This document shows positions 25,836 to 39,089 of a stretch of 64,000 bases of DNA, piece after piece. The notes beneath the pieces are model-generated. The model was given only the letters and a program-made list of their open reading frames with translations. It searched no databases and was not told the origin of the DNA. The position numbers and the translations under genes were made by a program. How positions within the stretch are numbered: position 1 is the stretch's first letter; every line of letters begins with the position of its first letter. The DNA is from Lytechinus pictus (Eukaryota). Location of the stretch: assembly GCF_037042905.1 (NCBI RefSeq), contig NC_087262.1:23312001-23376000 (forward strand). Reading direction: 5' to 3'.

Positions 25836-25970
25836 AAATAATTGATCCGAATGATACGCACTAACCCCCACTCATAGCAGGGAAATCTATCCTGCTGATC
25901 CAGATGTAAACTTAATAATTTTGTTGATTTTTGTGCTGCGATCAGTTCAGGCGAGGCGAGAGGGTACCCG

Positions 25971-26362
25971 CACTGTTAAAATAAAACTGTAAAAAAAGTA
26001 ATTATTACTGGCAGCTGGGACAGTATGGACTGTTGAATTAGGATCGGCTGTAAAAATGCAAAAATACAAAAAAAAACCACCATTTTAACATTCATTTTAC
26101 ATGAAAATCGCTTTTAATTTACAAATACGAATATTATTTATACGATAGATAGCACTGCAATCAACGTAACAATAGTTCGTTGGTATTGTTATATTGGATT
26201 ATATATTTTACTTTGTTTTACATTTAACTTGTAATTATACGTTACATATCACTGCATAAATACGTTTGGTTTGTTAAATCATTGTGTCGTCTGTTTTTTA
26301 GAGGTAAACATCCTGTAAATTTACGATTTTTCTTTGTAAAATTACTAGTATTTTTAACAGTG
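25971..26362. mobile_element. CACT-ended MITE (EnSpm/CMC-type)
   Basis: cg|CACTGTTAAAA ... TTTTAACAGTG|cg; 2-bp TSD CG. Confidence 0.75.
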
Positions 26363-26532
26363 CGGCCGGATTTATTCGAATGCATGCACAACCGATTATT
26401 ACAAAGCGCTGTAAATTGAAATTGACATCGGCACATAACATTGACAGAGTTACATACTATTCAAATGTATCACTGACGATAAATAGCACTTCGAAACCAA
26501 ATACCTACTTAGCCCAGTTGATTTTATATATA

Positions 26533-28413
26533 CACAACAAAAAAGTAAGTCCCCCCTTAAACAAACATACATAATTTCTGAACCAAATCGAGTTTTTAAT
26601 ATATTTTTACATGAGCGTGTAGGTAATTTTATAAACTACCCTCTGAGTAAATGTTATGGACGTATTTTATGTCATGCTTCAGTGAGCACCGCCAGAAGGC
26701 AAAATTGTCACTTTTCAAAAGTCACAAGCCAAATATCATGATTTTGATTCCACTTTATTGGAACGAATTCCACATTATCATCATGAAAAATCGTCAGGTT
26801 TGTAAAAGGTACTTTCTAAAAGACTATACAAGTTTTTGGCTAAACTTCACGGTTCAATAAACACAAGTTAAAATTTGCTACAATTTGATTTTTTACACAT
26901 TTCTATCGATGAAAATGATCGAATATGATGACAGTTATTTTTGGGAAGAGTATCTTAAACAATATTCATCGTTTCACGGATCAATGAACATTTAATGAAA
27001 GCAAAAAATATGAATTTCAAATATCATAGGCAAGTATTGTTTCATTTTGGTAACTGAAAGGATCTTTTCTCAACTTTTTTCGTTATGTTCATGACCAATT
27101 AACATGTTCAATGATTTAAATGCGTTTAATTAAACATTCACGCTTGAATGAACATGTGGAATGTGATTAGCTCTTTTTTACGTTCTTGGAAAAAATGAAA
27201 TTGCTAGCTATGGATATCTGTCACAAACCTACTTGCATAGTTCACTTGATTTGATTTTTTTTTAAATCCCGATGTCTAATGCTTCAGTGAGCACACAATT
27301 TTCGAAAATTATGCAAATGAGAAGAAAGTTCAAGGCCTTGGCCCCACTCTGTTCCGTATCGAATGATTATTTTGATGTCCGCGCCTTTTGGATAGTATTA
27401 ATCTGAAACCATGTGCGAAGTTTCATGAAAAAATTGTTGGCAGAAGTAACAAAAACCGTCCATGAAACAAACCCTCATTTCATTTTTGTTAAAATTTTGA
27501 CTTCCTCTCTCATAGACATTGTGTACACTATGGGTGCATATTTTTAAGAATAGGTGACCCCTTATTCATTATGGTGGAACCTTTTTTCAAGGTTTTCTTT
27601 AGCAATGTCATTTGGCAGTTATGTTTATCAACCTACGGGCAGAATTATGTGCAAAAATGAAATCGATATGTTTATTTATGGATGAGTGAGCATGTATCAA
27701 AGTGTGAAAAGGGGCATTTTCAATGTCACAGACTCATTTTGAGGAGTCATATAGTGAATAATGGGGGCAACTTAATCGCTTTTGTTTTTATCATCCATCA
27801 GTTTTATCACCACGCACTTACCCAAACTTTTTACACTTTCATGGTTAAGCAAGCACATTAAAAACTTGGGAATGAATACTCTTTATACTGCATAAATTGT
27901 ATTTTTTTCCTAGCAATTTCTCAGGATCAGTTGAATTAATGGACAAATCAGTGGTGGATCCAGAATTTTTAAATGGGGAGGGGCTGAGTAATTGGGGGAG
28001 CCACCAACATTTTCCAATTTTAACATGTTTTAACAAGTTGTAGGGGATACTGCCATAAACCCCTATGATGATACGTCACAAAACATTGTGCTCTCTCAAC
28101 CATAAGCATGCGATATCAAAATTTTGTGTGAGGTGGTTAAATGATGGATAGTAAAACAGCATTAAAACCATAAATTCACCTAAAACAACCTTTGTCCAAC
28201 TTTGTATTTACACAATCTGAAAAACGACTCTTGTGACTTTCACAAAATGTCATTTTAAATTCAATCTTTGATTACTCATGCATGACTCAACCGATCAATC
28301 TCACTTTTCACCAGGAGTTGCATAATGAATGTAGAAAACCATCTACGAAACACACTTATTTCGTTCAAAAGTTACAGCAATTTGATTGAGGGGGGACTTA
28401 CTTTTTTGTTGTG
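26533..28413. mobile_element. Tc1/mariner-like non-autonomous element (1881 bp)
   Basis: 25-bp perfect TIR CACAACAAAAAAGTAAGTCCCCCCT; TA flanks on both sides; internal direct repeat ATGCTTCAGTGAGCAC (26674, 27279); no transposase ORF. Confidence 0.8.
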
Positions 28414-28459
28414 TATATATATAGAAAATCTCCTTTCGGCTGTAATTAGTTGTTTTTAT

Positions 28460-29638
28460 CTACCTCTTTAGCACTTTCAAAACATCCTCTCTAAACTTCT
28501 TGTTGATAAGTCCATATATAACTGGATTGATGATTTGATTTACTGCAAACAGGTCCCGCAAGAGTGCTATGATGAGTTCCACAAAAACGTTCAATTCTGT
28601 AGAGATCAATCGCTCGAAGAGGGTCACAATTATAACCTCTGGAACCCACGTAAGGAAGTAAATCACCGTCACGGCTAGCATCATCTTCGTCGTTTTATCA
28701 AGAGGCGCTCTTTTAGATTTCACTTTATCGGTCTTCCCTTTTCTATCTCCTTCACCACGTTCATTCTGAGCAGTGGATGCAATATTTTGTTGCGAGAGGG
28801 CGTTGTTGTTTGAGACACTGTCGACAGTATTTTCCTTCCAAGCTTGTCTGTCGGGGTGCAGGGTAGCAGATTCGTCAGGATGAATGGAGCCCGAGACAGA
28901 AGGAACTGTAGAAGCTCCATCGTTTGAGATTCCGTGGCTGATGTGGTCCTCTGCAGTGTTGGTTACAGATGGAGCGACACGGGACCCTCTGGGCTGAGCT
29001 CTCATCGTTGAACCCGCTCCACCTGGCTGCAACCCCGGAGCTCCAAACATGCGTGCCCGAACTTTAGAGTGGCCTTTGACGTTCCTATAAATCATTCCAT
29101 AACAACCGAACGCTATCGCGAACGCTATCAGATAAATGGTACTCGTAGTAATGTCTTGAAAGTCACCTTGAGCGCTCTGCGCGCAGATGACACCGTCGTC
29201 CTGCTTCTTCAAGGTTAGGAAGAGTAGAAATGGCGTATTAAAGCCAAAGCAAAAAAATGTGCAGATAGTCACGGTAACCTTTGCTCGTCGGGGACTGGTT
29301 TTGATTCTGATTGGATGGCAAATCTTGAAGTAACGATCGATTCCTATCAAGACCATCAGCAAAAGAGATAGGAAAACAAGAGAGACATAAGCGAAAACGA
29401 AAAGCTTGCAGAAAATGATGTTTGCGTATGTCTCCATGCTGTTGTAGACGATGGCGGGGCTGAGTAAGCAAACTCCTAGATCTACCACAGCGATGGCCAT
29501 GATGTATATTCGGGTACTGCCACCTGTCTTTCGTTTCCTGTACACCAACAAGATGGAGATATTACCTGGGATTCCCAGGAAAAAGATAATGGTGCGAGTG
29601 ATAATCTGCATCCAAACTCCGGCATCCATTTTGAACAT
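28460..29638 (-). CDS. Intronless rhodopsin-type (class A) orphan GPCR, ~392 aa
   Basis: Seven hydrophobic segments; GN in TM1, IAVVD in TM2, FCK...GIDRYFKIC in TM3, ECL2 Cys, long Ser/Thr-rich ICL3, TWVP in TM6, NPVIY and FR helix 8. First ATG is at 29638; the ORF-track start at 29668 is TTG. Confidence 0.92.
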   Translation of the reverse strand: MFKMDAGVWMQIITRTIIFFLGIPGNISILLVYRKRKTGGSTRIYIMAIAVVDLGVCLLSPAIVYNSMETYANIIFCKLFVFAYVSLVFLSLLLMVLIGIDRYFKICHPIRIKTSPRRAKVTVTICTFFCFGFNTPFLLFLTLKKQDDGVICAQSAQGDFQDITTSTIYLIAFAIAFGCYGMIYRNVKGHSKVRARMFGAPGLQPGGAGSTMRAQPRGSRVAPSVTNTAEDHISHGISNDGASTVPSVSGSIHPDESATLHPDRQAWKENTVDSVSNNNALSQQNIASTAQNERGEGDRKGKTDKVKSKRAPLDKTTKMMLAVTVIYFLTWVPEVIIVTLFERLISTELNVFVELIIALLRDLFAVNQIINPVIYGLINKKFREDVLKVLKR

Positions 29639-32225
29639 AGTTCCAGGAGGGCTAAAATCAGGATACAAGATATGATGTTATGCGAAGTTCCAGCAAATGA
29701 CGTTCTTACGTCTAGAGTCCAATTTTACGATATATGTTTAGTTCGTTTCCGATATTTTTGTATAAGTTTTTTTTTCGAGATCAGACGTTTGTAAATGTCT
29801 CCCGTCTCTATAGTCTCCTATCTTAATGGAAACTACCAGCAGCTGGACAGCTTAAAGTATCTGCATCAGACCATGGACTTTATAGTTCCTGCTCAGACTA
29901 TATCAGTGTGGGTTGGAAAGAATACAGATATATCCGCATCTTCTTTAAATATAAATGTAAATCTTTTTCACCAAACTTTGAGTTATTGACTTGTTATCTA
30001 TTAATGAAGGCATCAACGTCCCTTCAGGTTTAAAGATTCTTGCAGATGTTGTCATTGTGTGTGGGGCGGTTGGGTCATACATCCATGCTTGGCTGTAGGC
30101 GTTGTCTATTTAATCAGGTAAAAAAAAAGATTTTTGCTGACGTCCATTTCCTTTCATCGTTGTATATTCTTTGAAAGACACCCAAGTAATCTCCCAGCGG
30201 AAAGATATACTCTTTAATGCTTATTCTAGATATTACCGCTGCTTATTAAGACTTAATCATGTCGGCTTTGACAACCTTGAGTTCTATTAAAAATTGATTA
30301 TCGAATTATATATCAATGTAACCCAAAAGGCTTGGTCGAGTCGCACTATCTGACGCTGATCCTCTTAGCGCTAACTCAAATATAATGATAAATGGCGAAA
30401 AAAAGTTGAAATCATGGCAAAGGATGGAAATAAGCACGAACATAAATATTTAATTGCAGGGTGTTTCATAATACCCTGAAATACCCTGGATGTAATCATC
30501 AATCTTTACAGTAGAAGTTGCTAATTCATTCCTTTATGTACTTTAAGATTGCGAGTTTCTTGAGAATGAATTTACTTCCAATAGTTCAACAAATCCAAAA
30601 GCATTCAGACAAGACCCTGGGATTGAGGCAAGGATTATGTTCCATATAGCGAAGGGACCGAGAGGAGACAAGCCAGATGTGATCAGGTACATGACGTCTT
30701 GCAAAGAGATACCAGGCGCGGATTCAGAGTTGAAATTTTACGGGGGGGGGGGGGAGGACAGACGTACGCGCTTCACCACAAGAGCTTTTTGGATCTGCCA
30801 GCCTCAATACGTGTGCAGGAATAGCGTTAGAGTTTGTTCATAAGGAAGACTGGTTGTTGATTGATTGCCACAATCTGGTTCATAGGGTATGATAAACACA
30901 AGCCAAGTAGCCAGTGGATCTGAAATCTTCCTCCTTCTCCCCCAATTAACTTGTCTTGATATAGAAATTACAAGTCAGTATTTCTTTTTTTTAGAAAGTG
31001 GAAACTTAGTCAACTTATGCGACGCCCAATGCGGATGGTACTACAAGACAAGTTTTTTAATGACCATAACTAGATCTTGATAATCTTTTGAAACATCTTC
31101 TATTTTCAATCCTTATTCAAACCATCTCTTGACGATACCATCGGAAAAAGTGAGTCATAGGAATGATTAAAGTATGTATCATGTTTTCCTTTAGCACTGT
31201 GATACAACTTAAAGATAAATCAAGTTAAGCATGTTAAGTTTACAGAAGGCGGAAAAAACGGATATTAGTAATGATAAATGCATTTAGTGGTTTGAATACC
31301 TGCCATTGGGAAAATTGACGTAAGTAAACCTTGATATTTTCATCTATAGGCCTAAATTACATCGTGGTGATTTGGTTATGACATCTGAAAGCAGGAGGTA
31401 TATACCTTAAGATGATTATCTATACAAATTTGAATAGGGATTACCTTTTACCTATCCATCAAACAGTTCTAAAACCTATTTCCTAAGAATGGTTATTCAT
31501 CAACTGAAACGACTGTATTGCATATACATGTATATTTTTTTTAATTTCGACTTTTCGTCAGTCATAAAAAGAAGTTGTATATTTCGTGGTAGGTTTTATT
31601 TTCTGCATTATCATCTACGAAATGTAAAACGAATTTGATTGATGTAAAAATTTGATACTAGGCGATGCCAGGAAAAGCTACGTCAGTGTGAGTATATAAT
31701 ATATTTTAGAAAATGGTTTAAACAATACTGGGTTAAAATGATATTAGGATATGGCTTTGTTTAGTAAAATTACACCAACCCTGCGAGAGTTGGTTAAAAA
31801 ATTAGCAAAATTGACTGATGAAATATACATTTTGCCCAGTAAGGCTTTTATGAGAAGATAGAATATTATTAGTATTAATTATTAGAGAAATCTGTATGCC
31901 TTTATACCTTTCCAACTGCCGATTTGAATATCTATGTATTCTCCATTGAAAATCCTGCGCACATTAATCGTGCATTGGGGCTGTGTCTGTGGTTGGTGAG
32001 GGATGTACCGTACTTGCTTGCCTTTTGTTTCGAAGACTCGATTAATTGCTGATAATGGCGAACATAATCTGCGAGAATGAACCTTTAAGTATGTGTGTAA
32101 GTGTGTGTGTTTGTGTCTGTGTGGCTTAAGGATCGATGTACTTCTAATTTACCATGCTTCCAGTTGGCTGTATTATATGCTATTACATGGTTTTAAAAGT
32201 TTTCGTGTTGATCATGGCATCTGTA

Positions 32226-32944
32226 CACTAAGAAATTCGGGTTCAATTTTACACCCCTAGGGGTGCACAGGCTTGTCCCTATACGAGTACCCCTAGCGGT
32301 GCACACGTACACCCCGAATAGGGGTGTACAGTGTGCACCCCTATTTGGGGTGACCATCTGCACCTTAGAGGGTGTAAACGTCTACCCCTTAGGGTGCATA
32401 ATGTACCCCCACCTAAAATAGCAAAAAAGATTGTCGAGACTACTGGTCCATTCACTTTCTGTATCGTTTTTTTTAGTTACCTTAGTTGGGATTTGAACTC
32501 ACCTAGTTTTATGTGTAGTCAAGATTCTTCCCGCTATGCCAGCGAGAAGCGCTGAAACCTGATGAGGTCTCTAGCGATATGATCCGATACTTTTTTGACT
32601 TGTGCTGATAGTTGAGATTCAAGTAGCTCTATTTACTGATTCTCCAAAAGTACAAAAGTATACGTAATCAACGTGTTTTTGAAACAATTATCATCACATA
32701 AATATTTTACAAATCATTTCAGGTAAAGTGTGGCGTTAGTGCATTGTTATTTCGGGTAATCTTCGATCACAAATCAACTTTATATATACCATACGTCTAT
32801 CAGCGAGACTGGTGGGGTGCACGAAAAGAGTACATGGGTGTACAACAGACACGTACTCTCGCATAAGAGCTAACTTGTACCTCGATGGTATTAAGGGGTG
32901 TACGCACGTATCGTACACCCCATTTGCACCGAGATTTCTTAGTG
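32226..32944. mobile_element. CACT-ended MITE with ACCCC/GGGGTG subterminal repeats
   Basis: CACTAAGAAAT ... ATTTCTTAGTG termini; repeated TACACCCC/GGGTGTAC motifs at both ends. Confidence 0.65.
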
Positions 32945-34255
32945 TGTGTGTGTGAGTGTGCTTGTGTTTAATTATAGGAGAGGGTGTGTGTGTGTGTGTC
33001 GGCGAGGTTACATTTGGATGCGCATGCTGTGGATTCATGTGATGATATAGTAATCTTCAGAGAAGTTAATGAATACGTATATATTTTTTTTATTCATATG
33101 CGATATTATTGTCTATCGTATTTTTTTTCTTTAAAGTAAGCAAACAATGTTTTGATTAAAACGATTTGAATAAAATGGTTTAGGCCTGCCCTAATTGCCC
33201 CTATAAAGAGGTAATCTTTATCTGAATACATACACTCACACAATTCAAACATACTACCACGTAACTAAATACACGGATTCACAAACGCACGTGCACACTG
33301 ACACCCACACACCCATTCTCCCTTCCTCACTCTCATGTGTACACCCATACCCAAGTATAATGGTCACATACACAAATTCACACAGACACACACACTTAGC
33401 CAAACCATGCAATCCTCAATTATGAGTCCTTCTTTAAATTACATTACACCAATTTCCGACTGCCTAAGAGCGTAATAATGGAGATCCCTCTTGATATTCC
33501 CATCAATTTCGTTAAGAAATATCTAAATTCATCAACAAAAATATCCAACTCCAATTTACAATTTCTTGAATGAAGCAAAATATATAACTTATCAAGTAAG
33601 AGTGTGAATGTCACTCTTTATTCTATCACAATTGTATATTTAAGAACCATCATGAATAATACGAGCTGATTTTATGATAAGAATGGTCGGATGTTTATCA
33701 TCAGACCTTTACACTTTATTTTGCTAACGCGATTGTATTATAATGCATTGCACGACTGTGTCTGAAAACACCATTGTTCCCTTGGACATAAAGTTGATTT
33801 ATCTTCATAGGTTTGTTAAGATGAACTTTCCATCATATCCAGAATCGTATAAAATAACAAAATGTGTGAAGACAAGTTCATGGCATACAAATATCAAATA
33901 TTCAAAAGAAAACAACATGATTAAAATGAGCTAGTTTTGTGATAACGATGGATGCAGTAAATTCATATTTGCTAACGCAATTGCATTGTAGTGCATTACA
34001 CACTTATAGTTAAATTTACCGATGATCCCTTGGAAATATTATTTTTCATTACATTTTTCTTAATATCATAAACCTTCCATCATATCCAAGATAAAATGCC
34101 GTTTTAAGAAGGCGTTAGAATTTGAATGTGATATTAATGTTCCTTACATTAAATCAGAACACTACATACACTTTTAACATTAAAGGAATTCGGAGGTTGT
34201 TAACGCAGTTCAGGCCTATATCATCATCAGGAGAATTCCGATCTTACGTCCTATC

Positions 34256-37200
34256 CTATCTCTCCTCGATAAGAATCTCGTAACTTTGCAGAACTCGCCC
34301 TGCAGCCGTCTCGGGGAGGAGCTTCAGGAGGCACTTCCCAGAGCATCCGGGAACTTTCCGAAAGGTATAGTTCTGCATGAGCCATGTGAAGATGAGGAAT
34401 AGATCGGCCTTAGCAACAGCTTCTCCAAGACAACTACGACGACCGGTGCCGAAGGGTTGAAAGCTCGATGGATGTTGACGAGTTGTCCCGCTCTCATCCA
34501 GGAAGTGCTCTACAAATGACATGATAAATATCAAAGAGGGGCGGGCGTTCAACATTCTGCTTTAATTAATACTTGAAACACTCAGTTATAAAGTAATGGC
34601 AAATACTATTCTTATATTAAGTTTGAATTATCTTGTGACGCTTTTTCTTCAACATTTTGGAGGGAATAAAACCAGTTAAAGACCTACAATCCACTGAGCA
34701 AACAAGTTGCTTATACATTGAAACATATACATAATTCATTTAATACACCCTCTCATACTGGGTCCCCATTCACAACAATGATACAATTAATTATGATAGA
34801 ATAATTCTAATTGGTTCCTGGTAAATGTTCTAAACAAACTGCAGATATTACAACGATCTTGATTGGCCATCGCCAGTAATTTTAGAAATTGATTGTAAAC
34901 ATTTGTGCTACCACGGTTACTTATTCTGATTGGGTCTGGTGGAAGTGGTGGAGGTGAAAGAGCTGATATAGCGTATTACGCAGACGCTTTCTACAACGCA
35001 CAAATTCCTTTGAAAATGCTAGTCAAATCAAAATGGACAGCTGAGAGGTTTTGGTCGAAAGTCCAAAGTCAGCAGATCGTCCGACGATTCGGACCGGGTG
35101 AAAAGCTGCAAATATGTCGTTTGTCCATAGTTCAGAACGACAATGCAGTTTTAATTCACTATTCTTCGACAAAGGCTGTTTTTTCATTAAAGGGCTTTTG
35201 ACAATAGATTCCCGGCGTTACAGAAAACGTCTGCGTAGTGATTGCAAAAATTCCCTTACGTCACAGTCACGCCAACGAAACTGAAATAACGTAATAGCTT
35301 GTCAGTCTGGAGTAGGTTTTTAGTGTGCTAGTGGGACCATAGCACCAGAAAAGAGTATTAGACTTACCTGGTAGAAATGAATAAGGGTCTTTCCATTCCC
35401 TTTCATCGAAGTGCATCGAGTATTGGTTTAGAAGAATGATCGTGTCCTTTGGTATAAGAAAGCCACCTTTTGAGAGGGAAGGAAAATGAATTTAAAGTCA
35501 AGTTTTGTCTTTAATTTCAAAGCTCATTTCCGTCAATCAAAATATTTGATATTATCTACGTTCATGTCTGACCCCTTGAAAACATTAGTACATAAGAAAT
35601 AACAATATTTGAAAAGTTGTAAAGTTGTAATTATAGCTATATATTCATGGTTAAGCTATTTGGTTGATTATCAAATTTTTAGCGATTTTAAGATGTCTCT
35701 AGACAAATTATCGATTGCATACGTATATTATCATGAATGTGTAAAGTAAACACTTAATATCTTATCTATGCCAGTCTCTGACTTGTCGACATCAAAAGCA
35801 AATCAATTAAACAACAAATCCTACTTGACATATAAAATCTGATTAACTTTGATACCAAAAATTAATTCGTGTCAAGTAAGAATTACACAAGTATGCCTTG
35901 TGAAAAAGCCGCGAATAATGACAAACACTTTGATCCCGATATCCTATAGTTATTCCTAGTGTAACATAAAGTTCGTTCTACTTTGATTATCTTGATCAAA
36001 CACATTGCGTGGCGCTACGGGGGGGGGGGGGGGGGGGGCAGGGATTGTTCTTTCACGAAGTGACAAAAAGAATATACAATGAAAAAAATGAAGTAAAATC
36101 TTAATGAAGAAAGAAGAAATAAGAGTATATAAACAGATAATAATGCTAAAGACAGTGTCTCTTTAAATGCATTTAAACACAAACTCAACTTCTCCTGCTT
36201 CATTCTTGTCATTCTTCGTAACTGAAGTGACATTTCATATTTTCCCAACTTCTTCTATATTCAGATTACCTTAATATATTTTTACATGTTTTTCTTTGTT
36301 CTTTTGTTTTTTTACAATTACCTTTTTATAGTCCGGTTATATCATAGTTTAGTTTACTCCATGCTGCTGTATATCAATTTTAGTTATTTCACCATATTTC
36401 ACGCAATATTGGTGTTATCAACAAAGTTAAGTTTTTTTTCCCACTTCCTCCCTAAAAATGCTTTATTCAACATTAATTTTACCATACTTAAATTATGGAG
36501 CAATTGTTTGGGGAAATACACACTCAACCTATACCTTGATAGAATATTATTTTTACAAAAGAAGGCATTGCGTGTTATTTTCAACTTGTCCTGGAGATCT
36601 CACACAGATGAGTTGTTTTTTAACAATAACATTCTAACAATAAAAACACTGTACCAATATAACTTAGGTTAATTCATGTATCAGTTAAACATTAATATGT
36701 TACCACTCATATTTAATTCTTCATTTAACAAAAACAAAACTCTTCACAAATATCCCACACATCAATCAGATGAATTCCATTTACCACTACCCGGACCATC
36801 CTTGCAAAATCATTTTTTACTTTTGAAGGCCCTAGACTCTGGGGAACTATTAATAAAAACATCAAAGAATCACCAAGCCTTAATTTTTTCAAATATAAGT
36901 TCAAAACATTTCTCCAAGATAACCATTGAATTTAACTCTTCATCACTCAAACTCTTGTATTTTTTTAAAATCAAACATGATTATCATGTCACGTACGCTT
37001 TTCCATCTCTTTCGTTTTCCTGTTGATCAGCGAGGTCCGTCTGTGAGTGCTGGGGCTGGATTCTGGAGACCTTTAATCTATCTTTTTCTTATTTCCTTTT
37101 CTATTTTAATTTCCCCTATTTTCCTTTTAATTTAACTGGTTCATGCTCAAGTTGTTATTTTGATTTTTATATGCTATGCACATAACAGGGATATTTATTA

Positions 37201-39053
37201 GGAGGCTGCACTCTACAAGCTCCGCTTTTTAGCAGCCTCCTCCATTTCCAACCTGATATGTAATAATCTTGAATATAATTTTTGTACAGGGATACTTGAA
37301 ATATGTTTTGTTATTTATATGCTAAAATGTACAAAATAAACTGTAATTGTTGAAAATGGAAATAAACGAAATGAAATGAAATATCAAACTGGTATGGTAA
37401 GCCCCTCCCAAAAATGATAACCTCCTCTCCCTTTCCTGCTATGTTATCGTGTGTTTTTCTGTGAAATACCGTGTACCTCAGTCTGAATTTCACATTTGTT
37501 CGTTCCTTCCTCTTTCTTCTTTCCTATCTACAAATAATATCAAATTATTTATTTTCCTTTGACAGCATTACTTTCAGTGGACCCCCTCATTCCCATATGC
37601 TCTTTCTTCTACCGCTTTGTTGAATGTTAATACGCTAATTTGTATCTAAATCACATTACTTTGTTTTATGTTTGAATGGAAATGAAATAAAGAGTTGAAC
37701 TAAAATCAATTGACTGAGTCGTGTAACCGTATATCCACCCCTGCAATTCGATTGGAGAATACAATAACCTAATATTTAGGTCGTCTTGTATGTCACCTTT
37801 TCAACGCACTGTTCCGCCGCCCTTGATCAAAGTGTCAACCGTGATATTTAGGACTGTGATTTCAACTGAAAATTATCATTGATAATGGTATTACCGGCCA
37901 TGAACACTCATATACGTTAGGTAGAAATCAAATAAAAATTATCTTAAAAAAAGAGAACATGCATGGTTGTTAAGTAAAAATATTGCTCCATATATATTAA
38001 AAGGCTCTTTTAGGGTAAATCTTAAATCGACGTTGTTTAAATCTTACGCAATATTTGTCTTGATTTCAGTGAATATCAGACACACATGATTTTGTTCTAT
38101 TTTAACCAATTAGCATGATTAGTGTATAAACCGTTAATCATGTTAATAGGGTGTGGTATAATGGAAATATGCATAAACAATGATGAAGGCATAATGTAAA
38201 TGATTGCATAATCATTGGTTGTAAAATAATATAATTTCAATATGCAATTTCGTGAATGGGAAAAAGTTACCGTCAATGCATCATCAATGCAGTTTACGAG
38301 TATGAAGTTGTATATCTTCATTTTAAAAGCAGACGCTTTTCTACTTCGTCTACCCCTTTGGTCAAATCCGTTGTATTGCGTAATCTTGTTACACCAAAGT
38401 GCGTTCCCTTCATTGCTAAACACAGATCACATAAGCAAATAATTAATATAAAGTAAGTTTACCAACAATTGGTCACGTTTTGTTAGCTTTGTTTGCTGCT
38501 TCTTCCAATATGTTATCATTGGACTTTGGAAGATGATATAACTTTTGACATGATAGACAATTATGTTGTGTTAATTGCTCATATGTCTTACTTAATACAA
38601 ATTACGTTATACGAGATTGAAAGGGTTTTTTAAGATGCTTTGTGCCAGTCTACATTCCTGCTGATTCAGGATTTACCAAAGAAAGAGGGACAATTTTTTA
38701 TCTGACAAGCTAAAAAAAATGGAAAAGAAGAAGAAGATGACGATGATTAAGAAGAAGGGCGGTAATGGTTTTCCTAGGAAAGGATTTCTGAAAAGCATTC
38801 AACAACAGAATCATAGGAAGGCCCTTGAAAAAGAACGGGTTTTTGTTGCCCCCTGCATTCCAAGCTTGTGCATTACCCTAGAGAAGCTTTATTAATTTAA
38901 TACACCTTGCATTGTATATATCTTTACAAGTATAGAATAAGGTGGTGAGCAATTCAGACAGATTTCGAAATGATATTATGAATAATAATGATAACGATAG
39001 CAATGACTATGATGCCTTGATGATGACGGTGATAATAACAATAATAACAGTAA

Positions 39054-39089
<36 letters not shown>

